Of a stretch of DNA of 64,000 nucleotides, positions 28,639-37,373 are shown piece by piece (the first letter of the stretch is position 1; each line of letters begins with the position of its first letter). Source of the stretch: an uncultured Ilumatobacteraceae bacterium (GTDB lineage Bacteria > Actinomycetota > Acidimicrobiia > Acidimicrobiales > Ilumatobacteraceae). The notes under the pieces were generated by a model that did no database searches, had not been told where the DNA came from, and worked only from the letters and a program-made list of their open reading frames with translations. The stretch is from assembly GCA_964471865.1 (NCBI GenBank), contig CAYYHU010000001.1, forward strand, positions 76,921 to 140,920. Direction: 5' to 3'. The position numbers and the translations under genes are program-made.

Positions 28639-29160
28639 TCAGCGATGCCGAACCGGATCGGATCCGTCCCATCCCCGGGACGCGGCGGCCACATGGTCGA
28701 AGAAGGCCGCCATCGCGCCTTCGCCCGCAGTGGGATCGACGAGTTCGACATAGGGAGTTCCGTCCGGACCTGCCAGATAGGCGAACTGCTGACCACCGCC
28801 GGTACGGCCGTGTTGGACCATCTCATACCCCTCGAGACGAAGATGGTCGCTGGCCGCATCGACGTCATGCCAGTAGCAGATGTGGTGAAGACCTCGCCCA
28901 CCACCATCGAGATATTCCCGGTAGACACTGGCGGCATCGTCGAGTGGTTGGATCAACTCGATCTGCTGATCAGCCAGTTGCCCCAATGCCATACGGGCCC
29001 ACATCCGCGTCGTGGTCCCGCGATACCAGGTATCGGGAAGATCGACGTCATAGACGAAGAACGGCCCGGCACCTTGGGAGGACACCCAGTGGAGCGCCGA
29101 GGTTGTGATGTCGTCCACGACGAAGGCCAACTGACGAACGGGACCCCACAGCATGCTCAC
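28639..29160 (-). CDS. VOC (glyoxalase/bleomycin resistance/extradiol dioxygenase) family protein
   Basis: VRQLAFVVDDI and GLHHICYW. The GTG start overlaps the upstream TGA (GTGA at 29157-29160). Confidence 0.7.
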   Translation of the reverse strand: MSMLWGPVRQLAFVVDDITTSALHWVSSQGAGPFFVYDVDLPDTWYRGTTTRMWARMALGQLADQQIELIQPLDDAASVYREYLDGGGRGLHHICYWHDVDAASDHLRLEGYEMVQHGRTGGGQQFAYLAGPDGTPYVELVDPTAGEGAMAAFFDHVAAASRGWDGSDPVRHR

Positions 29161-29663
29161 ACCCCCGGACCCAAGGGGACCGAACCGTTGGGCCGGTCCG
29201 CATCGCCCTGACGGAATCGTTCGGTGGCCATGGCCATCGGGGTGATGGTCTCGCTGCGGGTGCCTTCATGGACACAGACGCGATGAGCGATACGCCACTC
29301 ACCCTCACGGCATTCGTAGCGGTCGAGATAGCGCCCGTACCAGGTGTCGATCGTGGAGCCGTCGTGACCGAACAGATAGGTGACGTTGTAGACCTCGCCA
29401 CGAGCCGTGTCACCACCCTCGTCGACTTCGATGGCATGGTTCATCACGCAGTGCATCGTGGCGCGCCATTTGAGATGCGAGACCATGCAATGCTCGACGA
29501 ACTCCCAGGCATTGCCGACGAAGACGCCATGATCGTCGATCGCATCGGGCCAGTAGGCCGATCGCATCGATTCAGGATCGAGGCGATCCACCCCTCGGCA
29601 GTACCGATGCACGACCTCGCGTATGGCCTCGCGAGCTGCGAGTTCACGACTGTGGTCGGTCAT
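29157..29663 (-). CDS. NTF2/SnoaL-like fold protein (possible oxygenase beta-subunit surrogate)
   Basis: AIREVVHRYCRGVDRLD ... WRIAHR pattern typical of SnoaL_4/NTF2-like proteins. Located directly downstream of the Rieske alpha subunit. Confidence 0.65.
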   Translation of the reverse strand: MTDHSRELAAREAIREVVHRYCRGVDRLDPESMRSAYWPDAIDDHGVFVGNAWEFVEHCMVSHLKWRATMHCVMNHAIEVDEGGDTARGEVYNVTYLFGHDGSTIDTWYGRYLDRYECREGEWRIAHRVCVHEGTRSETITPMAMATERFRQGDADRPNGSVPLGPGV

Positions 29664-29693
29664 GACGTACCCCTGTTGGATGCTGTCGCCATA

Positions 29694-31025
29694 TCAGCGA
29701 ACCCCCATCACATGATCCATCCAGTCGTGGTAGTGCTGGATGCGGACCTCCTCATCGGACAACACCGCCGCATCGAAGCCTCGTGAATGCATTCCGGCTT
29801 GGATATCGCGGATGTAGTGGATGTCTTGATCGATGGTGATCGCCATGGTCTTGCGGCCCTCGATGATGTCTTGGTGGTCGAACTCGTCGTGTTCGGGCCG
29901 GGCCGTCACCTCGGCTCGGTCGTGACGGCCTTCGTAGGGGACCCCAGCTGCTGCCGCCACGGCGGGATCGGGCCGACGAACGAAGGTGAACTTGTCCCAG
30001 AGACACCGGTTCGGATCCGTGGGATGGGGCCGGGCACGAGCCACGAGCGCGTCATCGGGTTGGACGGTGATCATCGTGTTGGGAAACACGTTGTACTGCT
30101 CGATGTCGGTGAGACGTTCATCGGTCATCGCGTCGTAGTCGTACCCGATCGATGCGCCCCGCTCACGTTTGAGCTTTTGGACATCACGCCGGATGTCGAG
30201 CACCCGACCGCGATACTCCTCGGGATCAGCACCCAGACGTTTCAGCGCCATCGCGTGATACATCGTGGGTTCGTCGGGTATCGGCAGTTTGGTGTTCACC
30301 GTGTGCCCGTCGATGACCACCCCGGTGTGGCCGTTGGTGAACAGTTCGATCTGGGCCGTGGGACAATCAAAGATCTCTTGGTGCTGAGGGTGGATGTGTT
30401 CGACGTGATACAGCTCACCGAAGTTGTCGTAGACCGCCTTCCAGTTGCAGTCCAGATGGACGGTCTGATCACCGGTGAGTTCCATCGATTCGACCTGGTA
30501 CGGCTCGAGTCGCTCGGCCACTCCGCCCAACCAGTCCCGCAGCTCGGGCAACTCGGGATCCATCGTGACCCAGACCAAACCGGCGAGAACATCGACTCGC
30601 AGCCTGCGCAACGAACACTGATGCCGATCCACCCCCCCGGAGAACCGTTGATGATCCGGCACGACGACCAGGCGCCCATCGGTGCGGTAACGCCAGCCGT
30701 GATAGGGACACGTGAACATCTCGGTATGTCCGGATCCCGTGACGATGCGCGCCCCGCGGTGCTGACACACGTTGAACATGGCGGTGATCGCACCCTCGGA
30801 TGAGCACGACACGATGATCGATTCGCGGCCGACATCGACCACGACGAAGTCACCCGGACTCGTCACATCGCGTTCGAGACACGCGAAGAACCAGACGCGG
30901 TTCCAGAGTCGCTCGGCTTCGGAGTCGAGCCAGGCGGTGGAGACGTAGCGCTCGGCGGTGATCCGTCCCGGTGGGACCGGAGCCGGTCCATGAACCAGGG
31001 TCGGGCGGGGTTCAACGACAGGCAT
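29694..31025 (-). CDS. Rieske [2Fe-2S] non-heme-iron aromatic-ring-hydroxylating oxygenase, alpha subunit
   Basis: CQHRGARIV...CPYHGWRY Rieske motif and iron site ELYHVEHIH. Start chosen at the second ATG (31025), which has GGAGG 5 nt upstream. The first ATG at 31037 has no SD. Confidence 0.85.
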   Translation of the reverse strand: MPVVEPRPTLVHGPAPVPPGRITAERYVSTAWLDSEAERLWNRVWFFACLERDVTSPGDFVVVDVGRESIIVSCSSEGAITAMFNVCQHRGARIVTGSGHTEMFTCPYHGWRYRTDGRLVVVPDHQRFSGGVDRHQCSLRRLRVDVLAGLVWVTMDPELPELRDWLGGVAERLEPYQVESMELTGDQTVHLDCNWKAVYDNFGELYHVEHIHPQHQEIFDCPTAQIELFTNGHTGVVIDGHTVNTKLPIPDEPTMYHAMALKRLGADPEEYRGRVLDIRRDVQKLKRERGASIGYDYDAMTDERLTDIEQYNVFPNTMITVQPDDALVARARPHPTDPNRCLWDKFTFVRRPDPAVAAAAGVPYEGRHDRAEVTARPEHDEFDHQDIIEGRKTMAITIDQDIHYIRDIQAGMHSRGFDAAVLSDEEVRIQHYHDWMDHVMGVR

Positions 31026-31037
31026 CGCAGCCTCCAT

Positions 31038-31082
31038 GGGTAGTCGTGGGATGGGTATTCGTGGGATGGGTAGATGTGGGCA
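31038..31082. repeat. three tandem 15-nt direct repeats in the SDR-Rieske intergenic spacer
   Basis: gggtagtcgtgggat / gggtattcgtgggat / gggtagatgtgggca on the + strand. On the mRNA strand the units read CCCACATCTACCCAT / CCCACGAATACCCAT / CCCACGACTACCCAT, running straight into ATGGAGG. Confidence 0.85.
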
Positions 31083-31100
31083 CGGGCATGGACATGGGGT

Positions 31101-31865
31101 TCACATCGAGGCGAGTTGTCCGCCGTCGAGGACGAGATCGATGCCGTTCACGCTGATGGCGGCATCCGAGCAGAGATACACCACTGCCGCCGCCACCTCG
31201 TCGGGACCGATGAACGTGGCGCGCGGATTCAGATCCGCGAGCGCCGTGCGAACGGCATCAGGCCCTGCGGCTACGAGTGGTGCCGCCATCTCGGTCAGCG
31301 TCGGACCCGGTGACACCGCATTGATCCGCAACGCGGTCGAGGCGTACTCGACCGCGGCTTGGCGGGTGAGACCGAGAACGGCGTGTTTGGCAGCGACATA
31401 TCCCGGGCTTGCTCTATGGCTGCCCCGATGCGCCACGGTGGACGCGATGTTCACGATCGACCCGCCGCTTGGATGCATCACTGCGGCCTCGGCTCGCATA
31501 CACCGGAACACGCCGGTGAGGTTCGTGGCGATCATCTGATCCCATTCCTGATCGGTGTAGTCGTGGAACGGCCGGTGCCGATCGAAGACCCCCGCAGAGT
31601 TCACAGCGATGTCGAGGCGTCCCGTCACCGTCAGTGTCTCTGAGATCAAGGCGTCGACCTGCTCACCCGAGGTCACATCCGTGGCGATGAAGCGGCCGGG
31701 GTATCCGACCGCGGCCAGGCGTTCCAGCGTTGCCTCTGCGGCCTCGGGACGTCGTGCTGCGATCACCACATGGGCACCCCGAGTGGCCAAGGCCTGCGCG
31801 ACGGCAGCGCCGATTCCGGTGGATCCCCCGGTCACGAGGGCCACGCGTCCATCGAATTCCCCCAC
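31101..31865 (-). CDS. SDR family oxidoreductase (first gene of the Rieske operon)
   Basis: GTG start, RVALVTGGSTGIGAAVAQAL and YVAAKHAVLGL. Confidence 0.85.
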   Translation of the reverse strand: MGEFDGRVALVTGGSTGIGAAVAQALATRGAHVVIAARRPEAAEATLERLAAVGYPGRFIATDVTSGEQVDALISETLTVTGRLDIAVNSAGVFDRHRPFHDYTDQEWDQMIATNLTGVFRCMRAEAAVMHPSGGSIVNIASTVAHRGSHRASPGYVAAKHAVLGLTRQAAVEYASTALRINAVSPGPTLTEMAAPLVAAGPDAVRTALADLNPRATFIGPDEVAAAVVYLCSDAAISVNGIDLVLDGGQLASM

Positions 31866-31881
31866 GTGCGTACCCTAGACA

Positions 31882-31905
31882 AAACGTTGTCAGACGTCAA
31901 CGTTT
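31882..31905. promoter_or_regulatory. inverted repeat, putative TetR operator
   Basis: AAACGTTG-N8-CAACGTTT, 17 nt upstream of the SDR start, in the 130-nt divergent region shared with the TetR gene. Confidence 0.45.
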
Positions 31906-31995
31906 CGCCGCCACCGCCAGTACTGTGGCCGTATCCCGACACCAGATCTCGTCCCCCGACCTCTCCAGGAACGCTCCAATCGGTCCCAGGCCGAG

Positions 31996-32556
31996 GTGCT
32001 CGTCGCTGCCACCCGACTCTTCATCGAACGCGGATACGCCGCTACCACGGTTGCGGCCATCGGTGAGGCGGCGGGCTACAGCCGCGGGATCGTCACCCGA
32101 CGGTTCGGCTCCAAGGAACGTCTCGCCTGGGAGGTGGCCCGCCGCGCAGGAGCTCGATGGGATGCCGTTCTCGATGTGTCGGCCACGCCAACGACGAACG
32201 GCTTGGATCGCATCGTGGACTTCATCCGCGCCAGCCGGGATTCGATGCAGGAGGATCCGCAGTCGCGTATGGTGCTCGAGCGACTCATCGCCGATGCCGC
32301 GGGCCCCATGGCCCCGCTCCACAGCCGCTTTCGGCGATCCCTCATGCGGTTGGAACAGCGGCTCCACACAACCCTTCGTGCGGGTCAAGCCGACGGATCG
32401 ATCCGCCGTGATCTCGTCGCGGATGGTGTGGCCAGCGTGCTCATCGCCCAATTGCGCGGCGTGGGGTATCAGTGGTTTCTCTTCCCGGCCGATGTCGATC
32501 CGCTCACCGCCCATCGAGTGATCGAAGATCAGGTCATCACCTGGTTACGAACCTGA
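31996..32556 (+). CDS. TetR/AcrR family transcriptional regulator
   Basis: HTH region LFIERGYAATTVAAIGEAAGYSRGIVTRRFGSKE. GTG 31996 is the only canonical in-frame start after the upstream TAG. Confidence 0.8.
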   Translation: MLVAATRLFIERGYAATTVAAIGEAAGYSRGIVTRRFGSKERLAWEVARRAGARWDAVLDVSATPTTNGLDRIVDFIRASRDSMQEDPQSRMVLERLIADAAGPMAPLHSRFRRSLMRLEQRLHTTLRAGQADGSIRRDLVADGVASVLIAQLRGVGYQWFLFPADVDPLTAHRVIEDQVITWLRT

Positions 32557-32615
32557 CGTCATCGTCGAGTTGCGAGCGCGACCGACTTCGACGACGAAGT
32601 GCACCGAGGTCCGCT

Positions 32616-33608
32616 TCACACCCCCGTGGTCACCGTACGGATCTCACCGGGAGGACTGACGGCGGCGACGAGGCGGCGCTGCACGGGATGATCGTCTCGC
32701 TCCTCGACGGCGATGACGAGATGCGCTGACGGATCCAGAGACGCTCGAGCATCGACGCCAAAGGGCACGACGTCGAGGTCGATTCCCGTGGAACACACCA
32801 CGACGAGGGCGTCACCGCGACGGTCACGCCCCACTGCCACACACGGCACCGCATCCTTGAGCGAGGTTCTCACCACCGGGGGTGGGGCGACTGCGAGATC
32901 CTGGGCTCCGACCAGACCCGGATCAGCGAGAAGCACAGAACGCACGAGGCGTTCACGCGCGAGGCGATTCAGGGGATGAGGCGCAGCGCCTGGGCGCCGC
33001 TGCTGCGCGACCGTGGCGACGACCTCAGACAAGGCCTGGGCGACGGGAACGTCACCATGCAACATGGCAAAGGCCTCGCGATCGTGGGCGCCCACACCGA
33101 CTTCGACTCGCACCACCTCGGTCGTCGGGTCCGTCACGACTCGGCACACCTCGAGACCCGCGACCTCTCCGGCCACGATCCCATGTTCGACGACGACCTC
33201 GGCACCGGACTGCGCGATCAACGGCGCGAGTTCGAGATGCTCGGGCAGGGGTTCGACCACGCCCAGGTGGGCATCGGGTTGAGCGGGGGTGATGCCGGTG
33301 CCGTCGAGGTGCCAGACCTGTACGGACACGTCACCGTGCCACTGCTGCGCCCGTCGGGCCAGGACTCCCGAGGGTCCGCTCGTGATGAGAGCGACTCGGT
33401 GGACATCACGCCGTAGTGCCCAGGCCAGAGCAGGCCCGAGGGCAGAGTCGTGGCGCTCGTCGACGAGCACCCACGCCGTGTCGTCGACAACCGTGGCGAC
33501 GCCCCGGCCCATGGATTCACCAGGTGCCGGGGGACGTTGTCCGAGATGACGTTCAAGAACTCCGCTCAGCACCCCGCCGAGCAACCGGGCTCGGCGGTCG
33601 TCGTCCAC
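32616..33608 (-). CDS. hypothetical protein (~330 aa)
   Basis: The long ORF (to 33818) overlaps rpmE, so it is trimmed to GTG 33608, 19 nt after the rpmE stop. ATG 33512 is the alternative start. No recognisable motif. Confidence 0.5.
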   Translation of the reverse strand: MDDDRRARLLGGVLSGVLERHLGQRPPAPGESMGRGVATVVDDTAWVLVDERHDSALGPALAWALRRDVHRVALITSGPSGVLARRAQQWHGDVSVQVWHLDGTGITPAQPDAHLGVVEPLPEHLELAPLIAQSGAEVVVEHGIVAGEVAGLEVCRVVTDPTTEVVRVEVGVGAHDREAFAMLHGDVPVAQALSEVVATVAQQRRPGAAPHPLNRLARERLVRSVLLADPGLVGAQDLAVAPPPVVRTSLKDAVPCVAVGRDRRGDALVVVCSTGIDLDVVPFGVDARASLDPSAHLVIAVEERDDHPVQRRLVAAVSPPGEIRTVTTGV

Positions 33609-33627
33609 GCGTTCCGAGCTGAGGGTC

Positions 33628-33843
33628 TCAGCCCTTGGCCTTACGGCTGCCGTAGCGGCGGTTGAAGCGCTCGACCCGGCCACCGGTGTCGACCAGCTTC
33701 TGCTTACCGGTGAAGAACGGGTGGCATTCGTTGCACAGTTCGAGACGAAGTTCGCCACCCTTGGTCGAACGAGTCGTGAACGTGTTGCCACACGAGCACA
33801 CGACGTTCGTGTCGACATAGGTGGGATGGATGTCGGACTTCAT
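33628..33843 (-). CDS. rpmE: 50S ribosomal protein L31 (Zn-ribbon type)
   Basis: [22 protein letters not shown] ... [21 protein letters not shown] upstream. Confidence 0.95.
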   Translation of the reverse strand: MKSDIHPTYVDTNVVCSCGNTFTTRSTKGGELRLELCNECHPFFTGKQKLVDTGGRVERFNRRYGSRKAKG

Positions 33844-33897
33844 GGCGTAGCTACCTCCGGGCGAGCGCTTGAGTGTACCGGCGAGGAGCCGGTGACG

Positions 33898-35733
33898 TCA
33901 CATGCTGGGCTGCTTGGCGATCTCGTTGAGGAACTCGTCGTTGTTGCGGAACGACTTGAGGCGATCCATCAGCAACTCGAGACCCGGGGCTGCGTTGCCG
34001 TCAGCGGCCAGGCCCGACAGCACCCGACGCAACTTCCAGACCAACTGGAGCTGTTTGCGATCGAAGAGCAGTTCTTCGTGACGGGTGCTGGAGGCATCGA
34101 CGTCGATAGCCGGGAAGATCCGGCGTTCCGAGACGCGGCGGTCGAGGCGAAGCTCCATGTTGCCGGTGCCTTTGAATTCTTCGAAGATCGCCTCGTCCAT
34201 GCGGCTGTTGGTCTCGACGAGAGCCGTGGCCAAGATCGTGAGGCTTCCGCCCTCTTCCACGTTGCGAGCCGCACCGAAGAACTTCTTGGGCGGATACAGC
34301 GCTCCCGCGTCGATACCACCCGACATGATGCGGCCACTGGCCGGGGCGGCGAGGTTGTAGGCCCGCGACAGTCGAGTGATGCCATCGAGGATGACCACGA
34401 CGTCCTCACCGATTTCGACCATGCGCTTGGCCTTCTCGATCGCGAGTTCAGCGACATGGGTGTGCTCATCGCTGGGACGATCGAACGTGGACGCGATGAC
34501 CTCACCCTTGACGGTGCGGCGCATATCGGTCACTTCCTCGGGCCGCTCATCGATGAGCAACACGATGAGGTGGACCTCGGGATTGTTGCGCTCGATACAG
34601 GTCGCGATGGTCTTCATGATCGTCGTCTTGCCCGCCTTGGGAGGCGACACGATCAGACCACGCTGCCCCTTACCGATGGGCGCGATCAGATCGATGATCC
34701 GAGCGGTCATGTTCGTGGGATCCGAACCCGACTCGAGTCGCAACTTCTCATCCGGGAACAGCGGGGTGAGGTCCTCGAACTTGGGACGGTTCTTGGCGGT
34801 TTCGGGCGCACGGCCATTGACCGTGTGCACCTCGAGCAGCGCCCCATTTTTTTCGTTACGTCCGGCCGGCTTGGCAAGACCGCTGATGTGGTCTCCCTTG
34901 CGCAGACCCAGCTGGCGCGTCAGCTTCACCGAGACATAAACGTCGTCCCGACTCGACAAGTAGCCACGCACCCGCACGAAGCCGTATCCCTCATCGCGTA
35001 GGTCGAGATAGCCCGACACCTCGACGGGTCCGCTCGATTCGGGCTCACCGAAACGCTCCGTACCCTCGAGCAGATCGCGATCCGCGCCCTGGGGACCTTC
35101 GTCCCCGCGCCCCTTACGGCGCCGACGCCGACGCTTCGAGCGTCCATCACCATCAGCGTCATCGGAACCCTGGCGGGGTCCATTCGGTCGGGGACCCTGG
35201 TCGTTGCGGGGTCCCTGATGGTCACGCCGATCGCGACGTTCCGAGTCGCGACGGTCCCCGTCACGCCCGCCTGAACGATCCTCGCGGGCTCGAGGAGCCG
35301 CAGTCGGGGCCTCCTGGGAGGTCCCTGCTTCCTCGCTCGAGGTGTCCGTGCTGACTCCTTGGCGAGCGAGTTCGATCTCCCATTCGGCCAATGGTTCCCC
35401 GTCGGGTCCAACGAGGGGTACGTCATCAGAAGCGGGAGCGGCCGGAGCCGGTGATGCGTCGCGACTGGGACGCGAACGACGTTCACTTCCACGGTTGGGG
35501 GTCTCTGTAGCCGACGGTGGGGTGGCCACCTCGGCTCGATCGGCCGCCGGAGCCGGCGCGACCGACGCAGTCGCCGCCGGAGCCGAAGCTCCGGTCTGTT
35601 CGAGGATCTTGTCGATCAGATCGGCCTTCTTGGCACGCGACAGCGACTTCATGCCCAGCGCCTGGGCGATCGCCAACAACTGCTCACGGTCCTTGGACTC
35701 GAGCACCGACTTCTCGAGGGCCTCCGCGGTCAC
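33898..35733 (-). CDS. rho: transcription termination factor Rho (with actinobacterial-type RD/G-rich N-terminal insertion)
   Basis: Walker [25 protein letters not shown], and GYGFVR in the RNA-binding domain. GTG 35733 is preceded by GAAAGAAGG. The ORF is open up to 35799. Confidence 0.93.
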   Translation of the reverse strand: MTAEALEKSVLESKDREQLLAIAQALGMKSLSRAKKADLIDKILEQTGASAPAATASVAPAPAADRAEVATPPSATETPNRGSERRSRPSRDASPAPAAPASDDVPLVGPDGEPLAEWEIELARQGVSTDTSSEEAGTSQEAPTAAPRAREDRSGGRDGDRRDSERRDRRDHQGPRNDQGPRPNGPRQGSDDADGDGRSKRRRRRRKGRGDEGPQGADRDLLEGTERFGEPESSGPVEVSGYLDLRDEGYGFVRVRGYLSSRDDVYVSVKLTRQLGLRKGDHISGLAKPAGRNEKNGALLEVHTVNGRAPETAKNRPKFEDLTPLFPDEKLRLESGSDPTNMTARIIDLIAPIGKGQRGLIVSPPKAGKTTIMKTIATCIERNNPEVHLIVLLIDERPEEVTDMRRTVKGEVIASTFDRPSDEHTHVAELAIEKAKRMVEIGEDVVVILDGITRLSRAYNLAAPASGRIMSGGIDAGALYPPKKFFGAARNVEEGGSLTILATALVETNSRMDEAIFEEFKGTGNMELRLDRRVSERRIFPAIDVDASSTRHEELLFDRKQLQLVWKLRRVLSGLAADGNAAPGLELLMDRLKSFRNNDEFLNEIAKQPSM

Positions 35734-35963
35734 GGGTACCTTCTTTCGTGCGTACGACGCGGCGGGGGGTTCGTGGACATCGGGTCCCGGCGGCCCCACA
35801 GCCGGTAGGGGTTCTCCTCTCGCGCACCCCGTACCACCGACACTCCATCACTCGGTGATGAAGACGTCCGCCGTGGCGAACCGGGGGGCTCGTCGAGCCT
35901 GTCACCGACAGAAATCATCGGCGGCGACTCCCAGAGGGTCCGGATGACCGGACACCGCGAACG

Positions 35964-37364
35964 CTACCGACCGTGAACGCTTCGTGCAACGTCTCGCACG
36001 AATGCCTGCACCGCCCCGAGATCATTGGGGAGGGTCCGCGTTCGCTCAGGACGCTCGAAGAGATCTGCGAGATGCTCGGGAAGATCGGGACGGCGGCCGG
36101 TGGCGCGCTCGACGGCATCGGGGAACTTGGCCGGATGAGCCGTGGCGAGTGTGACCATCGGAATCCCGTCGCGTGCATGGTGCCGAGCCACGGCGGTCCC
36201 GACCGCAGTGTGGGGATCGATGAGCATGCCGCATTCACCATGGACCCGGGCGATCTCGGCGAGTGTGCCCTCATCGTCGAGGCGGCCCGCCCGAAACACC
36301 GGCGCCAACCAGGTGGCGTACTGATCGGCCTCGACCGCCAACGAACCACTGGCCCGAAAACGATGCATCTGTTCCGCCGTCAATCCGCCGTCTCGACCGT
36401 TCATCTCGAACAGCAGTCGTTCGAAGTTCGACGACACCTGGATGTCCATCGAGGGTGACAACGTCGCCACGACCCCCGAGGCGTCCATCGAGCGGGTTTC
36501 GAAGAACCGGGTCAAGATGTCATTGGTGTTCGAACCGACCACCAGCGTGTCGATGGGGACCCCCATCTCCTTCGCGATCCACCCGGCGAGCACGTTGCCG
36601 AAGTTGCCCGTCGGAACGCTGAACGACAGCCGGCGATCCCCCAGCGCCCGGGCTGCCACCACGTAGTAGACGACCTGGGCCATGACTCGGGCCCAGTTGA
36701 TCGAGTTCACGGCAGACAAACGGTGACGCTCGCGAAACTGCGAATCGTTGAACATCGCCTTCACGAGGTCCTGGCAGTCATCGAAGGTGCCCTCGACGGC
36801 GACAGCGTGGACGTTGGGGGCGTCCACGGTGGTCATCTGGCGACGCTGGACCTCACTGACGCGACCGGCGGGGTACAGGATCACGATGTCGACCCGGTCA
36901 CATCCTTTGACGCCATCGATGGCTGCCGACCCGGTATCTCCCGACGTCGCCCCCACGATGGTGACGCGGTCGCCACGAGTTTCGAGCACGTGATCGAACA
37001 TCCGACCCACGAGCTGCAACGCCACATCCTTGAACGCCAGCGTGGGACCATGGAACAGCTCGAGGACCCATTGATCGGGACCGATCTGGACCAGGGGCGT
37101 GGTCGCAGGATGTCGAAATGTCGCGTAGGCGTCCCGACACATGGCATCGAGAACCTCCGGGGCGATTCCCTGAGCGCCGTCTCCCATGACATAGGGCGCC
37201 ATCACCGCGGCTGCCAAGGTGGCGTAGTCGCCCGTGACGGGAAGCTCACCCAGAGGTGGCCAGGTCTCGGGGACGTACAGACCACCGTCGCTTGCCAGAC
37301 CAGCCAGGAGCACGTCGGCGAATCCGAGTTCGGGAGCCGAGCCCCGGGTGGATACATACCGCAT
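35964..37364 (-). CDS. thrC: threonine synthase
   Basis: MRYVSTRGSAPELGFADVLL and the PLP-lysine context GPTLAFKDVALQ. Confidence 0.93.
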   Translation of the reverse strand: MRYVSTRGSAPELGFADVLLAGLASDGGLYVPETWPPLGELPVTGDYATLAAAVMAPYVMGDGAQGIAPEVLDAMCRDAYATFRHPATTPLVQIGPDQWVLELFHGPTLAFKDVALQLVGRMFDHVLETRGDRVTIVGATSGDTGSAAIDGVKGCDRVDIVILYPAGRVSEVQRRQMTTVDAPNVHAVAVEGTFDDCQDLVKAMFNDSQFRERHRLSAVNSINWARVMAQVVYYVVAARALGDRRLSFSVPTGNFGNVLAGWIAKEMGVPIDTLVVGSNTNDILTRFFETRSMDASGVVATLSPSMDIQVSSNFERLLFEMNGRDGGLTAEQMHRFRASGSLAVEADQYATWLAPVFRAGRLDDEGTLAEIARVHGECGMLIDPHTAVGTAVARHHARDGIPMVTLATAHPAKFPDAVERATGRRPDLPEHLADLFERPERTRTLPNDLGAVQAFVRDVARSVHGR

Positions 37365-37373
37365 CTCGAGCCC

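Noticed and set aside
31038-31082. Tandem repeats considered as a miniature CRISPR array or coding repeat
   Set aside because: The units are contiguous with no spacers and only 15 nt long. The plus-strand ORF through them (MGSRGMGIRGMG...) is antisense to the operon and implausible. Kept only as a regulatory-repeat observation.
33609-33818. 5-prime extension of the 400-aa ORF downstream of rpmE
   Set aside because: It would overlap the whole L31 gene in another frame on the same strand. Trimmed to the first start after the rpmE stop.
33721-35001. 426-aa plus-strand ORF antisense to rho. The same pattern is seen at 3191-4186, 20306-21199, 25959-27260, 28054-29211, 37515-38681, 49610-50746 and 58138-59841.
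   Set aside because: All lie opposite well-supported genes and translate to Arg/Gly/Asp/His-rich sequences without recognisable domains. They are treated as GC-shadow ORFs, not overlapping genes.
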